Virus record (IMG/VR): IMGVR_UViG_3300017681_000001
Location: 1-64,000 of that record
Direction: 5' to 3' (one strand)
DNA: 64,000 nucleotides
DNA from: a virus
Shown: positions 26,848 to 34,938 of the stretch, one piece after another
Layout: each line of letters opens with the position of its first letter
How positions within the stretch are numbered: position 1 is the first letter of the stretch
Made by a program: the position numbers and the translations under genes
Notes under the pieces: model-generated
What the model was told of the DNA's origin: nothing
Seen by the model: the letters and a program-made list of their open reading frames with translations, nothing else
The model's database searches: none

Positions 26848-27523
26848 TTTCCGCCGCTCTCATCACCCAGTTACGCCACGTTGCCGACCAGTCCCGCTTG
26901 CGTCCGTCCGCGCCGGACTTCGAGAACCAGAAATTCCGGAACTTCTCGCGTTCCCTGGCCGTAGCGGCGTCGCTGCCGAGTTCCGCCAAGGCGAAGGCCG
27001 TATCGGCATCCGAGGGCTCCCAATCGGTCGCGATGAAGCTGCCGCGCTCGGTGCCCTTCGACGGCTTGGGGACAGAGGTCCCTTTAGGGACCGAAGGGGA
27101 ATCTTCTGTAGGGTTAGGGCTAGGGTTAGGGGCTTTTGTTTCGCTAACCCGCACAGAACCCGCCGGGTTAGGCAGATCGTTATTTTTCAACGACTTAGGT
27201 CGCCCACCCTGTTCACCATTCTTGCGATTGACCTCAGCACGCTTGCTGACGAACTCGCGCTCTTTGCTCAGCCGTTTCTGCGACCAGAAACCGGCCTCGA
27301 GCGTCCAGAACTCCATGATGGTCGGCTTGATGCGGAGCCACGTCCGGCGATCCACGCGCGCCCAGCGGGCCAGCCGATCGTCGTCGTCCGCCAGCCGGCA
27401 GTCCGGGCTGCGCCAAGCCACCATCATCAGCATGAGGTAGGCGCCAGTCTCCTGGGCTGAGAGATGGCCCGTGTCGGCGATGAACGCGTCGGTGAACAGC
27501 GGCAGGCTGGGGTACGCGCTCAT
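26600..27523 (-). CDS. DUF1376 (YdaU-like) replication-associated protein
   Basis: ATG at 27523. LFTDAFIADTGHLSAQETGAYLMLMMVAWRSPDCRLADDDDRLARWA fits DUF1376. The last roughly 80 aa look like off-frame R/G-rich read-through. Confidence 0.65.
   Translation of the reverse strand: MSAYPSLPLFTDAFIADTGHLSAQETGAYLMLMMVAWRSPDCRLADDDDRLARWARVDRRTWLRIKPTIMEFWTLEAGFWSQKRLSKEREFVSKRAEVNRKNGEQGGRPKSLKNNDLPNPAGSVRVSETKAPNPSPNPTEDSPSVPKGTSVPKPSKGTERGSFIATDWEPSDADTAFALAELGSDAATAREREKFRNFWFSKSGADGRKRDWSATWRNWVMRAAENGTGSRTPTLFGSGSTGGRRSPAGNSAVATALARHADRSGIGPGVRPDGPRPGDQGHHRSGRDDSSVEDADWTPAGGYRAAH
27081..27200. repeat. GGGTTAGG iteron-like repeats plus an AT-rich tract (candidate origin)
   Basis: GGGTTAGG at 27111-27118, 27123-27130 and 27165-27172. 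An inverted CTAACCC lies at 27144-27150, with degenerate TTAGGG/TTAGGT at 27084-27090 and 27195-27200. The AT-rich tract gatcgttatttttcaacgactta spans 27175-27197. Confidence 0.45.
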
Positions 27524-27969
27524 GCCTTGCCGCCCTCTTCCGGGCGCCAATCCGTTTCGTCGCCCGCGCCCTTCCCCAGATTGCAGTCGTCGCAGAGGAC
27601 CTGCAGATTAGTCACGTCGAGTTCGAGATCGGGGAATCGCGAGCGCGGCTTGATGTGGTCGACGTGCAGGGGCTTCCCGAGGGACGCTCGCGCACCGCAG
27701 CACTGGCAGGCCCCGCCCGCGCGCTTGAGGGCCTGATAGCGGGCCTCGCGCCAAGCGGGCGTCCGATAGAAGCCCACGGCCTTGCCGGCGAGCACGCGGG
27801 CTTGTGCGGCGTCGATCCGTGCGAGCATCTTGGCGTTCGTCCCGCGATGCCGCTCTTGGTGAGACGACAGGCGCGGACCGTTGCCGCCAACGCAGGCGAT
27901 GCCGATCCCTGATCCGCACTTCGGGCAGGGGCGCAGCAGCGATGCGGCGCGTTTCGGGCGCTCTCTCAT
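27520..27969 (-). CDS. HNH endonuclease
   Basis: CQCCGAR....HVDHIKPRS.....NLQVLCDDCNLGK is a classic HNH motif. ATG at 27969. Confidence 0.8.
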   Translation of the reverse strand: MRERPKRAASLLRPCPKCGSGIGIACVGGNGPRLSSHQERHRGTNAKMLARIDAAQARVLAGKAVGFYRTPAWREARYQALKRAGGACQCCGARASLGKPLHVDHIKPRSRFPDLELDVTNLQVLCDDCNLGKGAGDETDWRPEEGGKA

Positions 27970-27976
27970 AACCGCG

Positions 27977-29347
27977 CTACTCCGCAGCCATGAGGGAAGA
28001 CGAGGCGCCGATGGCCTCGACGGTCTCAATCCGCTGACCAATCCACCGCATGGCGTTCACGGCCATGGAGTTACCGAGTGCCTTGTAGCGGGGGCCGTCC
28101 GCCATCATCCCGCGCCCATGGGGGACGAGGGTGTAGCCATCGGGGAAGCCCTGCAAGCGCTCGCATTCGAGGGGCGTGAGGCGGCGGACGGCCCACATGC
28201 TGGGCTCACCGTTGTGGCCGATCGTGGCGATGGCTTCGGCCTGTGGCGACGAGGAACTCAGTGAGCCCGACCGATCCCAGGTGACGTCGGGATCCTGGCG
28301 CGAGTTGAAGGCAATGGCGGGCGGATGGGCGCCTGCCGCGAGGGGATGGCACGGGTCGCCATCCTGCGGGTTGCAGCGGTTCGCGACGCTCGTGATCTGG
28401 GTCGTGTCGAAGGCGATGAACGTCTCGCTCTCGAAGTCCATCCGCCCGCACGACCCACCATGCGCGTTGACGGCGGTGGCGACGCTAATGGGACCGCGCG
28501 TGTCATTGCCGCCGAAGGCGACCGGAACGATGGGCGTGCCCCGGCCCGTGCCGTCTTCGCTGGCGTCAAATCCCTCGCCGCGCAGGCTGTGAGCGACGAG
28601 CAAGCCTTCGCGGCTCTCGTGGTCGCCGTACGGGTTGCTGGCATTGATGGCGGGCGCATGCGGCGCCGCAATCAGTCCGCCGTCGCACTCGAAGTCTGTG
28701 CCGAGCCCGCCACCGCCGCGAGTGCGCGCGCTAAGGGTAGGGGCAGGACGCGCCCCCGCGTCTCGGCGCGGCGCAGGATCCCCGCGCAGGCTCGCGCGCT
28801 CAAGAAGTACCGCTGCGGGACGGCGCCAGTCTCCAAGATATCCGACAACGAACACACGCCGGCGTCGCTGAGGGACAGCCCGTCCAAAGCCGTCCACTCG
28901 GACGTACTGAGCGTCAAGCACTCGGTAGGCGAACCCATACCCGAGTTCGACCATGCCCCCGAGAATGGCACCAAAGTCCCGTCCGCCTCCTGACGACAGG
29001 ACGCCGGGGACGTTCTCCCAGACCAGCCATCGGGGGCGCAGGCGCTGAGCCAGCCTAAGATACTGGAGGGCCAGGTTGCCGCGGTCGTCTGCCAAGCCGC
29101 CTCGGGGCCCGGCGACCGAGAACGACTGGCAGGGGGTTCCTCCCACGAGAAGGTCGATTGTACCGTACTGGCCTTCGCCGATCGTCGTGAAGTCGCCATG
29201 CAGGGGCACCTCGGGATAGTGGTGGGCGAGCACAGCGCGCGGCGCGGCGTCGATCTCGGAGAAGAACTGCGGGCGCCAGCCGAAGGGGTGCCACGCGACG
29301 GTGGCGGCCTCGATGCCAGAGCAGACGGAGCCGTAGCGGAGGGTCAT
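27977..29347 (-). CDS. DNA cytosine-5 methyltransferase
   Basis: Motif I GSVCSGIE, motif IV GGTPCQSFSVAG, motif VI ENVPGVL, motif X LGNSMAVNAM. The ATG at 29347 has GGAG upstream; an alternative GTG lies at 29356. Confidence 0.85.
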   Translation of the reverse strand: MTLRYGSVCSGIEAATVAWHPFGWRPQFFSEIDAAPRAVLAHHYPEVPLHGDFTTIGEGQYGTIDLLVGGTPCQSFSVAGPRGGLADDRGNLALQYLRLAQRLRPRWLVWENVPGVLSSGGGRDFGAILGGMVELGYGFAYRVLDAQYVRVDGFGRAVPQRRRRVFVVGYLGDWRRPAAVLLERASLRGDPAPRRDAGARPAPTLSARTRGGGGLGTDFECDGGLIAAPHAPAINASNPYGDHESREGLLVAHSLRGEGFDASEDGTGRGTPIVPVAFGGNDTRGPISVATAVNAHGGSCGRMDFESETFIAFDTTQITSVANRCNPQDGDPCHPLAAGAHPPAIAFNSRQDPDVTWDRSGSLSSSSPQAEAIATIGHNGEPSMWAVRRLTPLECERLQGFPDGYTLVPHGRGMMADGPRYKALGNSMAVNAMRWIGQRIETVEAIGASSSLMAAE

Positions 29348-29352
29348 CGGGC

Positions 29353-29664
29353 TCACTCCGCAGCCATGAGGGGACTGAACAGATCGCGGCCAGCCGCAGG
29401 CGCCTTCGGGGCAGCCTTGGCGGCCGCAGCACGATCCCGCGCCTCACGGAGGCAATCCGCATCGCTGCAGGCGATGACGCCCCGCGAATGGCTGAAGTTG
29501 CCGAATCCGTTTCCGGCGTTCGCCGATCCGCAGATGTCGCAGTAGGTCTCAAGCGCAGCGCGGGCGGCGCGATCGGCCTCCAGACCTTCAGCGGTCAGGA
29601 CGCTCGGATCGAACCACATGCCGGCTGGGCCGGGCTTGGTGATGTCGTGGGGCTCGCGGGCCAT
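29353..29664 (-). CDS. Hypothetical Cys-rich protein
   Basis: 103-aa ORF with CDICGS...ACSDADC. Confidence 0.45.
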   Translation of the reverse strand: MAREPHDITKPGPAGMWFDPSVLTAEGLEADRAARAALETYCDICGSANAGNGFGNFSHSRGVIACSDADCLREARDRAAAAKAAPKAPAAGRDLFSPLMAAE

Positions 29665-29667
29665 GGG

Positions 29668-30246
29668 CTACTTCGCTGCCTGGAGGGTGACGGGCGCCCG
29701 CCACGAGATCCGGTGCATGGCCGTCGGCCCGCGGTGCGACCGATCCCAAACAAACCAAGCGAATGCCGTGGTGCTGGTGGTCTTCGGACCTTCCCAGCCG
29801 TCCCGGTGCATCATGGGCAGCCGGTTGCGGAAGACGTGGACGCGGGCGAGCGTGCCGTTCTCGAGGATCGGCCGGCGGCGCTCGGATTCGAGGAAGGCGA
29901 GGCGCAAGAGCATGATCACGCGCGGGCACAACTCGAGCGCGCGGGCGACGAACGCCCCGGCATCTTTGAAGGGCGGGTTCGTAACGATGCAATCCACGCC
30001 ATCGGGCGCGGCTGTGGCAGCGAGGAAATCGGCGTCGGCCGTCTGACCTTTGCACCCGCAGTCGACGAGGTCGGAGGCGGTGACCGCGTGGCCGCCAGCG
30101 CGCAGCTCGCGCACGATGGCGCCGGGGCCGCACGCGGGCTCCCAGATTCGATGCGGCAGCCATTCAGTATCCATGAGGGCGCGCACGGCAACGGGCGGCG
30201 TCTCGTAAAGGTCGTGGCCACGGTCGGCCAGGGGATGGCGGATCAT
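29668..30246 (-). CDS. N6-adenine (or N4-C) DNA methyltransferase, small gamma-like class
   Basis: ATG at 30246. Motif I EPACGPGAIV, motif IV VTNPPF. Confidence 0.7.
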   Translation of the reverse strand: MIRHPLADRGHDLYETPPVAVRALMDTEWLPHRIWEPACGPGAIVRELRAGGHAVTASDLVDCGCKGQTADADFLAATAAPDGVDCIVTNPPFKDAGAFVARALELCPRVIMLLRLAFLESERRRPILENGTLARVHVFRNRLPMMHRDGWEGPKTTSTTAFAWFVWDRSHRGPTAMHRISWRAPVTLQAAK

Positions 30247-30446
30247 GCGCGTTGCGCCTCCCGCTGGCGAAGGGCGTGACGGGCGTCCTGCCAAGCCGCG
30301 ATGACCCGGCAGACCGTCGACTGTTCGATTTCGGTGAGGGCCGCGATGGTGGACGTGTCCTGTCGCAGGATCGCCCACCGATGCAGGACGTCGCTGCTCT
30401 GAGCGGGGGTTGGCTCGCGCCAAGGAAAGGTCGGGGCAGCGCTCAT
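30243..30446 (-). CDS. Small HTH protein
   Basis: 67 aa, MSAAPTFPWREP...STIAALTEIEQSTVCRVIAAW. ATGA overlaps occur at both ends. Confidence 0.45.
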   Translation of the reverse strand: MSAAPTFPWREPTPAQSSDVLHRWAILRQDTSTIAALTEIEQSTVCRVIAAWQDARHALRQREAQRA

Positions 30447-31036
30447 GGCCGGGCTCCCGCAAGGATCGCCTCGACCTGTCCGCTCGTCAGACGGTGCGCG
30501 GCGGCGATGTAGTCGGATCGCTGGCCCTCTCGAGCGCGAAGCTCGACTTCGGCGCGCGTCGTATCGTCGATGGGCAGCATGGAGAAGACCATGCGGACGA
30601 TGGTGCCGGCCGACTCGCGAACGGCGCTGACGTTGCGGACGAAGGCCTTGCCGTCGTCGGCGATGACGCCGAGTTCCTTGGCGGCATCGAGGCAGGGCTT
30701 GATGCGGTTGTCGGTGTCGCCGTTGAAGGGCGGCAGGTGGATGGTGACGTCGCACGGCCCGGCGATCCGACCGGGACGCTTCACGCTCGCCATGAGCACG
30801 GCACCGCTGCGCCAAGCCCGGTAGGCCGTGGTCTTGATCCGGCCCTGCGAGCCCCGGTTCGCGTAGAGCTTGTTCGCCGAGGGCGGCATCGGCAGTTCGA
30901 TCGTCACGGAGCCGACGATCCGGCGCTGCGTGTAGCAGGGCCGTTCCTCGGGCTTCATGCGCGCGGCGGCGCGGCGCTTGGCCGAGCGCGACAGCGGCGG
31001 GTCAACCTCTTGTCCCCAGGGGGCGTCTGTGATCAT
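30443..31036 (-). CDS. rusA: RusA-like Holliday junction resolvase
   Basis: LPMPPSANKLY...RIKTTAYRAW......GDTDNRIKPCLDAAKELGVIADD matches the RusA pattern. Confidence 0.75.
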   Translation of the reverse strand: MITDAPWGQEVDPPLSRSAKRRAAARMKPEERPCYTQRRIVGSVTIELPMPPSANKLYANRGSQGRIKTTAYRAWRSGAVLMASVKRPGRIAGPCDVTIHLPPFNGDTDNRIKPCLDAAKELGVIADDGKAFVRNVSAVRESAGTIVRMVFSMLPIDDTTRAEVELRAREGQRSDYIAAAHRLTSGQVEAILAGARP

Positions 31037-31126
31037 CTGCCGGCCTTCCTGCCAAGGAGCGACTGCGCGCCGCCCGATTTCCCGGTTCCAAACGGGGCGT
31101 CGGGCGGCTCTCGTTCGTGGGGCTGC

Positions 31127-31618
31127 TCAGGCGGCCTGGGCGACTTCCGGCGTCGTGTCGGCAGCGCGTCGCAACTGGCCGAGGCCCATCGCCTTCGCGA
31201 GGTCGGAGCGCGCCTTGGCGTAGTTCGCCGCGACCATCGGATAGTCGGACGGCAGGCCGAACTTCTGCCGGTACTCGTTCGGGGTGAGGCCGTGTGACGT
31301 CAGGTGCCGCTTCAGCGACTTGTAGGGCTTGCCGTCGAGGAGGCTGACGAGGTGGTCCGGGGTGATGGACTTGCCGATCGGAACGGCCGGCGCGGCCGGC
31401 GCCTCGCACGCACCGACGGCCTGCTCCCCTTCCGACAAGGCGGCCCGAACCGACCGGATCAAGCCCGGAAGATCGGAGGCCGGGATCGCATTGTGGCTGA
31501 CGTAGGCCGACACGATGCCGACCGTCAGGCTCAGGGCGCGGTCGTAAGGCGGGAAGTCGAGGAAGCCGACCTCCTCGAGGGCGTCGGGCAGCGGCGCGGA
31601 ATCAGCGACGTCGGACAT
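31127..31618 (-). CDS. MucR/Ros-family transcriptional regulator (Cys-less variant)
   Basis: The C-terminus GKPYKSLKRHLTSHGLTPNEYRQKFGLPSDYPMVAANYAKARSDLAKAMGLG is near-canonical Ros/MucR. The usual CxxC position reads SLLD. Confidence 0.8.
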   Translation of the reverse strand: MSDVADSAPLPDALEEVGFLDFPPYDRALSLTVGIVSAYVSHNAIPASDLPGLIRSVRAALSEGEQAVGACEAPAAPAVPIGKSITPDHLVSLLDGKPYKSLKRHLTSHGLTPNEYRQKFGLPSDYPMVAANYAKARSDLAKAMGLGQLRRAADTTPEVAQAA

Positions 31619-31672
31619 GGGTCGATCTCCGGATCGGGGATTGAGGCGGGAGCCGCCCGCCGGCGGGAAGGC

Positions 31673-31996
31673 TCAGGCGACCGAGTGTTCGGCCTGCGGA
31701 TCGCGGACCGGCATGCGGTCGCCATCGGCGTTGAGGCGAGTGGGGAAGGACTCGGCGGCTTCGGCCTTGAGGCTGCGGGCGAGGTCGATGTTGACGGCCA
31801 GCCGCTCCATCAGGTGCTGCGCGTCGTCGGGATGCAGGCAAATCGCGAAGGCGCCGAAGTTGCTGTCGCCTGCCAGAACCATGATCTCGTCGGGATACGC
31901 GGAAACCTCTACCTGCGCGCGAGAGCCGTGGCCCTGGTCCTGGCGAAGCCCCTCGCTGGTCAGGATGCAGCGCTCGACGGGGGTGTTGCGGGTCAT
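31673..31996 (-). CDS. Hypothetical protein
   Basis: 107-aa ORF. ATGA overlap with the upstream gene. Confidence 0.5.
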   Translation of the reverse strand: MTRNTPVERCILTSEGLRQDQGHGSRAQVEVSAYPDEIMVLAGDSNFGAFAICLHPDDAQHLMERLAVNIDLARSLKAEAAESFPTRLNADGDRMPVRDPQAEHSVA

Positions 31997-32358
31997 GGGG
32001 TGCCTCCGCTGGGGGCGGAGTGGCGCAGCCGGGACTTCAGTCCCTCGATGCCCGCCTCGATCTCCGCCATCTCTCGATCATCGCGGCGAAGAGCGCCGAG
32101 ACGGACTGCCAAAAGCTCATTTTCCAGGCTCGCAATCTCAGCTCGGACGGTCCGCTCGACCTCTTCCTCGAGCACGCGCACGAGGCGCGAACGAACGTCC
32201 TTCGGCTCACGATAGAGCAGCGCGAGGATCGAGCCATGGGGCTCGCGCAGCCGGCGCGCGACGGCGCCGATGCAGTCCTTGACCGGACGGCCCGACTTCT
32301 TGGCCTCGGCGTCGACGAGCCGACGCGCGTAGGTTTTGCAGAGCGTAACCGCGCTCAT
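31993..32358 (-). CDS. Hypothetical coiled-coil protein
   Basis: ATG at 32358 (MSAVTLCKTYARRL...). Confidence 0.5.
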   Translation of the reverse strand: MSAVTLCKTYARRLVDAEAKKSGRPVKDCIGAVARRLREPHGSILALLYREPKDVRSRLVRVLEEEVERTVRAEIASLENELLAVRLGALRRDDREMAEIEAGIEGLKSRLRHSAPSGGTP

Positions 32359-32568
32359 TGCACGACGATCCTCTGTCGATTTTGTGCACCGCTGGTGAAG
32401 CATCGCTTCCACGTCCCCGTGTGATGAAGGATCACACACGCAGGACGCGATGCTTCTTGGCGGTGGGGGTTGCAGGGGTACGCAGCACAGAACGGAAGCG
32501 CGCATCCGCCATCAGCTGGCAGGCACGAGGGGTGGATGCGCGGGCAATGAAGAGTGGGGTTCGAGCAA

Positions 32569-32820
32569 ATGGCAGATGCCACCGAAACGGACGGGGCCGG
32601 GGTCATGCTGGCGACACACACCGGCATGGCTTGGCTGGTGGAGCGGGAGATCGAACGGGACCCGGCGGCGCGGGATGCGCTGCTGGCGTTCACGGCAGAA
32701 CGGATGACGAAGCTCGTCGCGACGCACCCAGACCTACTCCGGGTCGCAGACGCGGCCTGCGGGATCGTGGCACGGGCGGCGGACGGGAAGCCGACCGCTC
32801 CCGCCCGGCTGCATGGGTGA
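32569..32820 (+). CDS. Hypothetical protein on the opposite strand within the early-right operon
   Basis: High-GC3 frame MADATETDGAGVMLATHTGMAWLVEREIERD.... An alternative GTG lies at 32554. Confidence 0.45.
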   Translation: MADATETDGAGVMLATHTGMAWLVEREIERDPAARDALLAFTAERMTKLVATHPDLLRVADAACGIVARAADGKPTAPARLHG

Positions 32821-32878
32821 GCGCCCGGTCGGCAACGCGGAACGAGGGGGCCGACCGGGCGGCTACCGGCGGCGGGAT

Positions 32879-33334
32879 TCACGGCCGGATCTTGAGATGC
32901 TGGCGGATCGCGGCGACGGCCACAGCCGGCGGAACGGCGTACGTCGCGTCGATCTCGTCCAGCGTCAGGCCGGCATCGAATACGCGGGCGATGAAGCTGG
33001 CGGGCACCGGCGCGGCCGGATCGGCATGGCGCCGGGCGGCGCGCAGGGCGTGCGCGATGTTGCTGACGGTGCGGTCGACGCGGGCCGGTGGGATAAGGCC
33101 GGACGCAAGCGCTATCCGCGTCCGATTTGTGTAAGCCCCGTTCAACTTCGGCTTAGCGGCCTTCCGGTCACGCCGGTTCTGCAGAACGGCGGGCCAGACG
33201 CCAAGATGTATGGCCCGGTGCCTGATCTGCTGCCGGCTCCGACCTGTCGCCGCTGCGATCTCCGAACCTGCAGCGCCTTCGGCGGCCATCGTGATGATGG
33301 TGCGGTCGTAGGAGGTCTTGATGGGGGCGCTCAT
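32879..33334 (-). CDS. HTH protein, weakly GcrA-like at the N-terminus
   Basis: TMAAEGAAGSEIAAATGRSRQQIRHRAIHLGV resembles the GcrA segment lw.eG.SasqIA..lG.vsRnAViGK.hRLGL. Confidence 0.35.
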   Translation of the reverse strand: MSAPIKTSYDRTIITMAAEGAAGSEIAAATGRSRQQIRHRAIHLGVWPAVLQNRRDRKAAKPKLNGAYTNRTRIALASGLIPPARVDRTVSNIAHALRAARRHADPAAPVPASFIARVFDAGLTLDEIDATYAVPPAVAVAAIRQHLKIRP

Positions 33335-33618
33335 GCGTGCGCACTCGCGACCTTGGGGAGGTCCGTATCGCGACAGGGCGCCAATCCTGCCTTCGGGCGA
33401 TCAATGCCCTCCGGCCACGAAACGAGGGTGTCGGGCCAATGCTCCGCAAAGAACTGCATCGCCCGCTCGTATCGGCCGAGATAGAGGTCCCGACCCGAAG
33501 CAATAGCGTCCAGCTTGTTGGTGTCTTGGAACAGGCGCCAGCTGACCGTCGTGCGTCCGACCTTCATGGCGGCGCCGTAGAGTTCGGCCAACTGGAGGAT
33601 GCGTTCTCTGCCGGTCAT
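33331..33618 (-). CDS. First early-right gene (Cro-position protein)
   Basis: ATG at 33618 (MTGRERILQLAELYGAAMKVGRTTVSW...). It is divergent from the CI-like gene across the operator region. Confidence 0.5.
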   Translation of the reverse strand: MTGRERILQLAELYGAAMKVGRTTVSWRLFQDTNKLDAIASGRDLYLGRYERAMQFFAEHWPDTLVSWPEGIDRPKAGLAPCRDTDLPKVASAHA

Positions 33619-33648
33619 GGGAGCCCGTGTGGTCTGCTTCGGCCAACA

Positions 33649-33721
33649 TCGGTAGTAATACCGCAAATGTCAACGGCTTTCTTACCGCTCCCTCGCCCTC
33701 CTAGGGGCGGTTATCCTACCG
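33649..33721. promoter_or_regulatory. OR-like operator cluster (three 16-bp sites, consensus GCGGTA-N4-TACCGC)
   Basis: tCGGTAGTAATACCGC 33649-33664; aCGGctTTCTTACCGC 33673-33688 (degenerate); GCGGTTATCCTACCGt 33707-33722 (inverted). Confidence 0.6.
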
Positions 33722-33723
33722 TA

Positions 33724-34500
33724 ATGGAACTGCCCGCGATCCTTGCCCGCATCGAGAAGCGCCTTGCCGCTCTTGATCTGTCCGAAACCGCCGCTGGAAA
33801 GCTCGCCGGCAAGCCGGATGCGATCCGCAATTTGCGAAGGGCGTTGGAGAAGGATGAGCGGACAGGGGTCAGTACCGCTACCCTCAACGCACTCGCGCCC
33901 GTCCTTAAGACCACACCGGTATGGCTGTTTGCAGGGGCCGGGCCGGAAACTTCTGAAGGAGAGGCGCCCCCCTCAGTGATGTCGGATTCATCACCGGCGC
34001 TTGCGGGGGATAGCGAGGTCGCTCAGTCGAGACAGCCGATCGTGGCGGTAGTCTATGCGGGCCTGGTCGAGGCTGGCACATTTCGGGAGGTTTCGGATTT
34101 CACCGATCTGGAGCCGGAAGAGATCTACCAGCCGGCCGATCCTGAATTTCCCCATGTCCGCCAGCTCGCATTCGATGTGCGCGGCGATTCTATGAACGAT
34201 TTGAAGCCCCGCCCAATCCTGAAGGGCGACCGAGTCGTAGCGCTGGATTTTGAGGGGCTCAGGGGCCGGGTTGCTCTACACACCGGTATGGTCGTCATCG
34301 TCCAGCAATCGCTGAACGGCGGTCTTCTCGTCGAGCGGTCAGTCAAGCAGCTTGAGGTCCACGAGGACCGCTATGAGTTCCATCCACGGTCCACACTCGC
34401 CAAGTACAAGCCCATCATCATCCCGCACGATATGCAGCCGGAGGACGGGCGCGAGGTGACCATTCTTGCCTGGGCACGCAGCATTCTCAACCGACTCTAG
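33724..34500 (+). CDS. CI-like repressor (HTH plus S24 LexA-type peptidase domain)
   Basis: ATG at 33724. N-terminal HTH-like LSETAAGKLAGKPDAIRNLRR. C-terminus has GDSMND (catalytic Ser) and VKQLEV (Lys). Confidence 0.8.
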   Translation: MELPAILARIEKRLAALDLSETAAGKLAGKPDAIRNLRRALEKDERTGVSTATLNALAPVLKTTPVWLFAGAGPETSEGEAPPSVMSDSSPALAGDSEVAQSRQPIVAVVYAGLVEAGTFREVSDFTDLEPEEIYQPADPEFPHVRQLAFDVRGDSMNDLKPRPILKGDRVVALDFEGLRGRVALHTGMVVIVQQSLNGGLLVERSVKQLEVHEDRYEFHPRSTLAKYKPIIIPHDMQPEDGREVTILAWARSILNRL

Positions 34501-34748
34501 GACGGTCGGCCGCCGACGAAGTAGGCGACAACCCGAGATCGCTCACCGGCGCACGTCGGGCAGAGAAAAGCCGTCCGATTGGCTTTGTGGCGCACGGCGC
34601 GATCAACCTCGGCGGGCGTCCGTAGTGACGCACAGACTGCGACGGACGGGTAAGTTTCCCCGGCACATGAGAGACACCTAACGCGCAGGGTGTACGGCTG
34701 CTGTTGCCCGACGACGCTTCCATTACCCTGCACGCCCTGTCGCCCCAC
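34497..34748 (-). CDS. Possible zinc-ribbon protein
   Basis: GTG start. CLSCAGE...CPTCAGE gives two CxxC pairs. It is convergent with the repressor gene. Confidence 0.35.
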   Translation of the reverse strand: MGRQGVQGNGSVVGQQQPYTLRVRCLSCAGETYPSVAVCASLRTPAEVDRAVRHKANRTAFLCPTCAGERSRVVAYFVGGRPS

Positions 34749-34850
34749 CCTGATGATGTTCCTATTCCGTTCTGTTTTGCGGCCAGAGTCAACCGACTTG
34801 GCCTAGGCCGTTGGGGCTGTGGACAGCAGACAGACCAAAACTGCGTCATC

Positions 34851-34902
34851 GCGGTTTTTCTACCGTTTAAGGCTTGACGCGGTAGTAGTACCGCATCATT
34901 CT
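34851..34902 (+). promoter_or_regulatory. OL-like operators plus a putative early-left promoter
   Basis: GCGGTTTTTCTACCGt 34851-34866 and GCGGTAGTAGTACCGC 34879-34894. TTGACG (34874-34879), 17 nt, CATTCT (34897-34902), with the operator filling the spacer. Confidence 0.5.
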
Positions 34903-34938
34903 GTCTCCATCGCCTCCCGGCAGATGGAGCCGCCTCCG

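Noticed and set aside
33649-34894. Reading the GCGGTAG-containing sites as RfaH/NusG-type ops elements (GGCGGTAGnnTG) for the phage NusG paralogue
   Set aside because: Only the GCGGTAG core matches. The sites are 16-bp palindromes occurring in both orientations at divergent promoters next to a CI-like repressor, which fits operators better. None lies in the late-operon leader, where the NusG-like protein would be expected to act.
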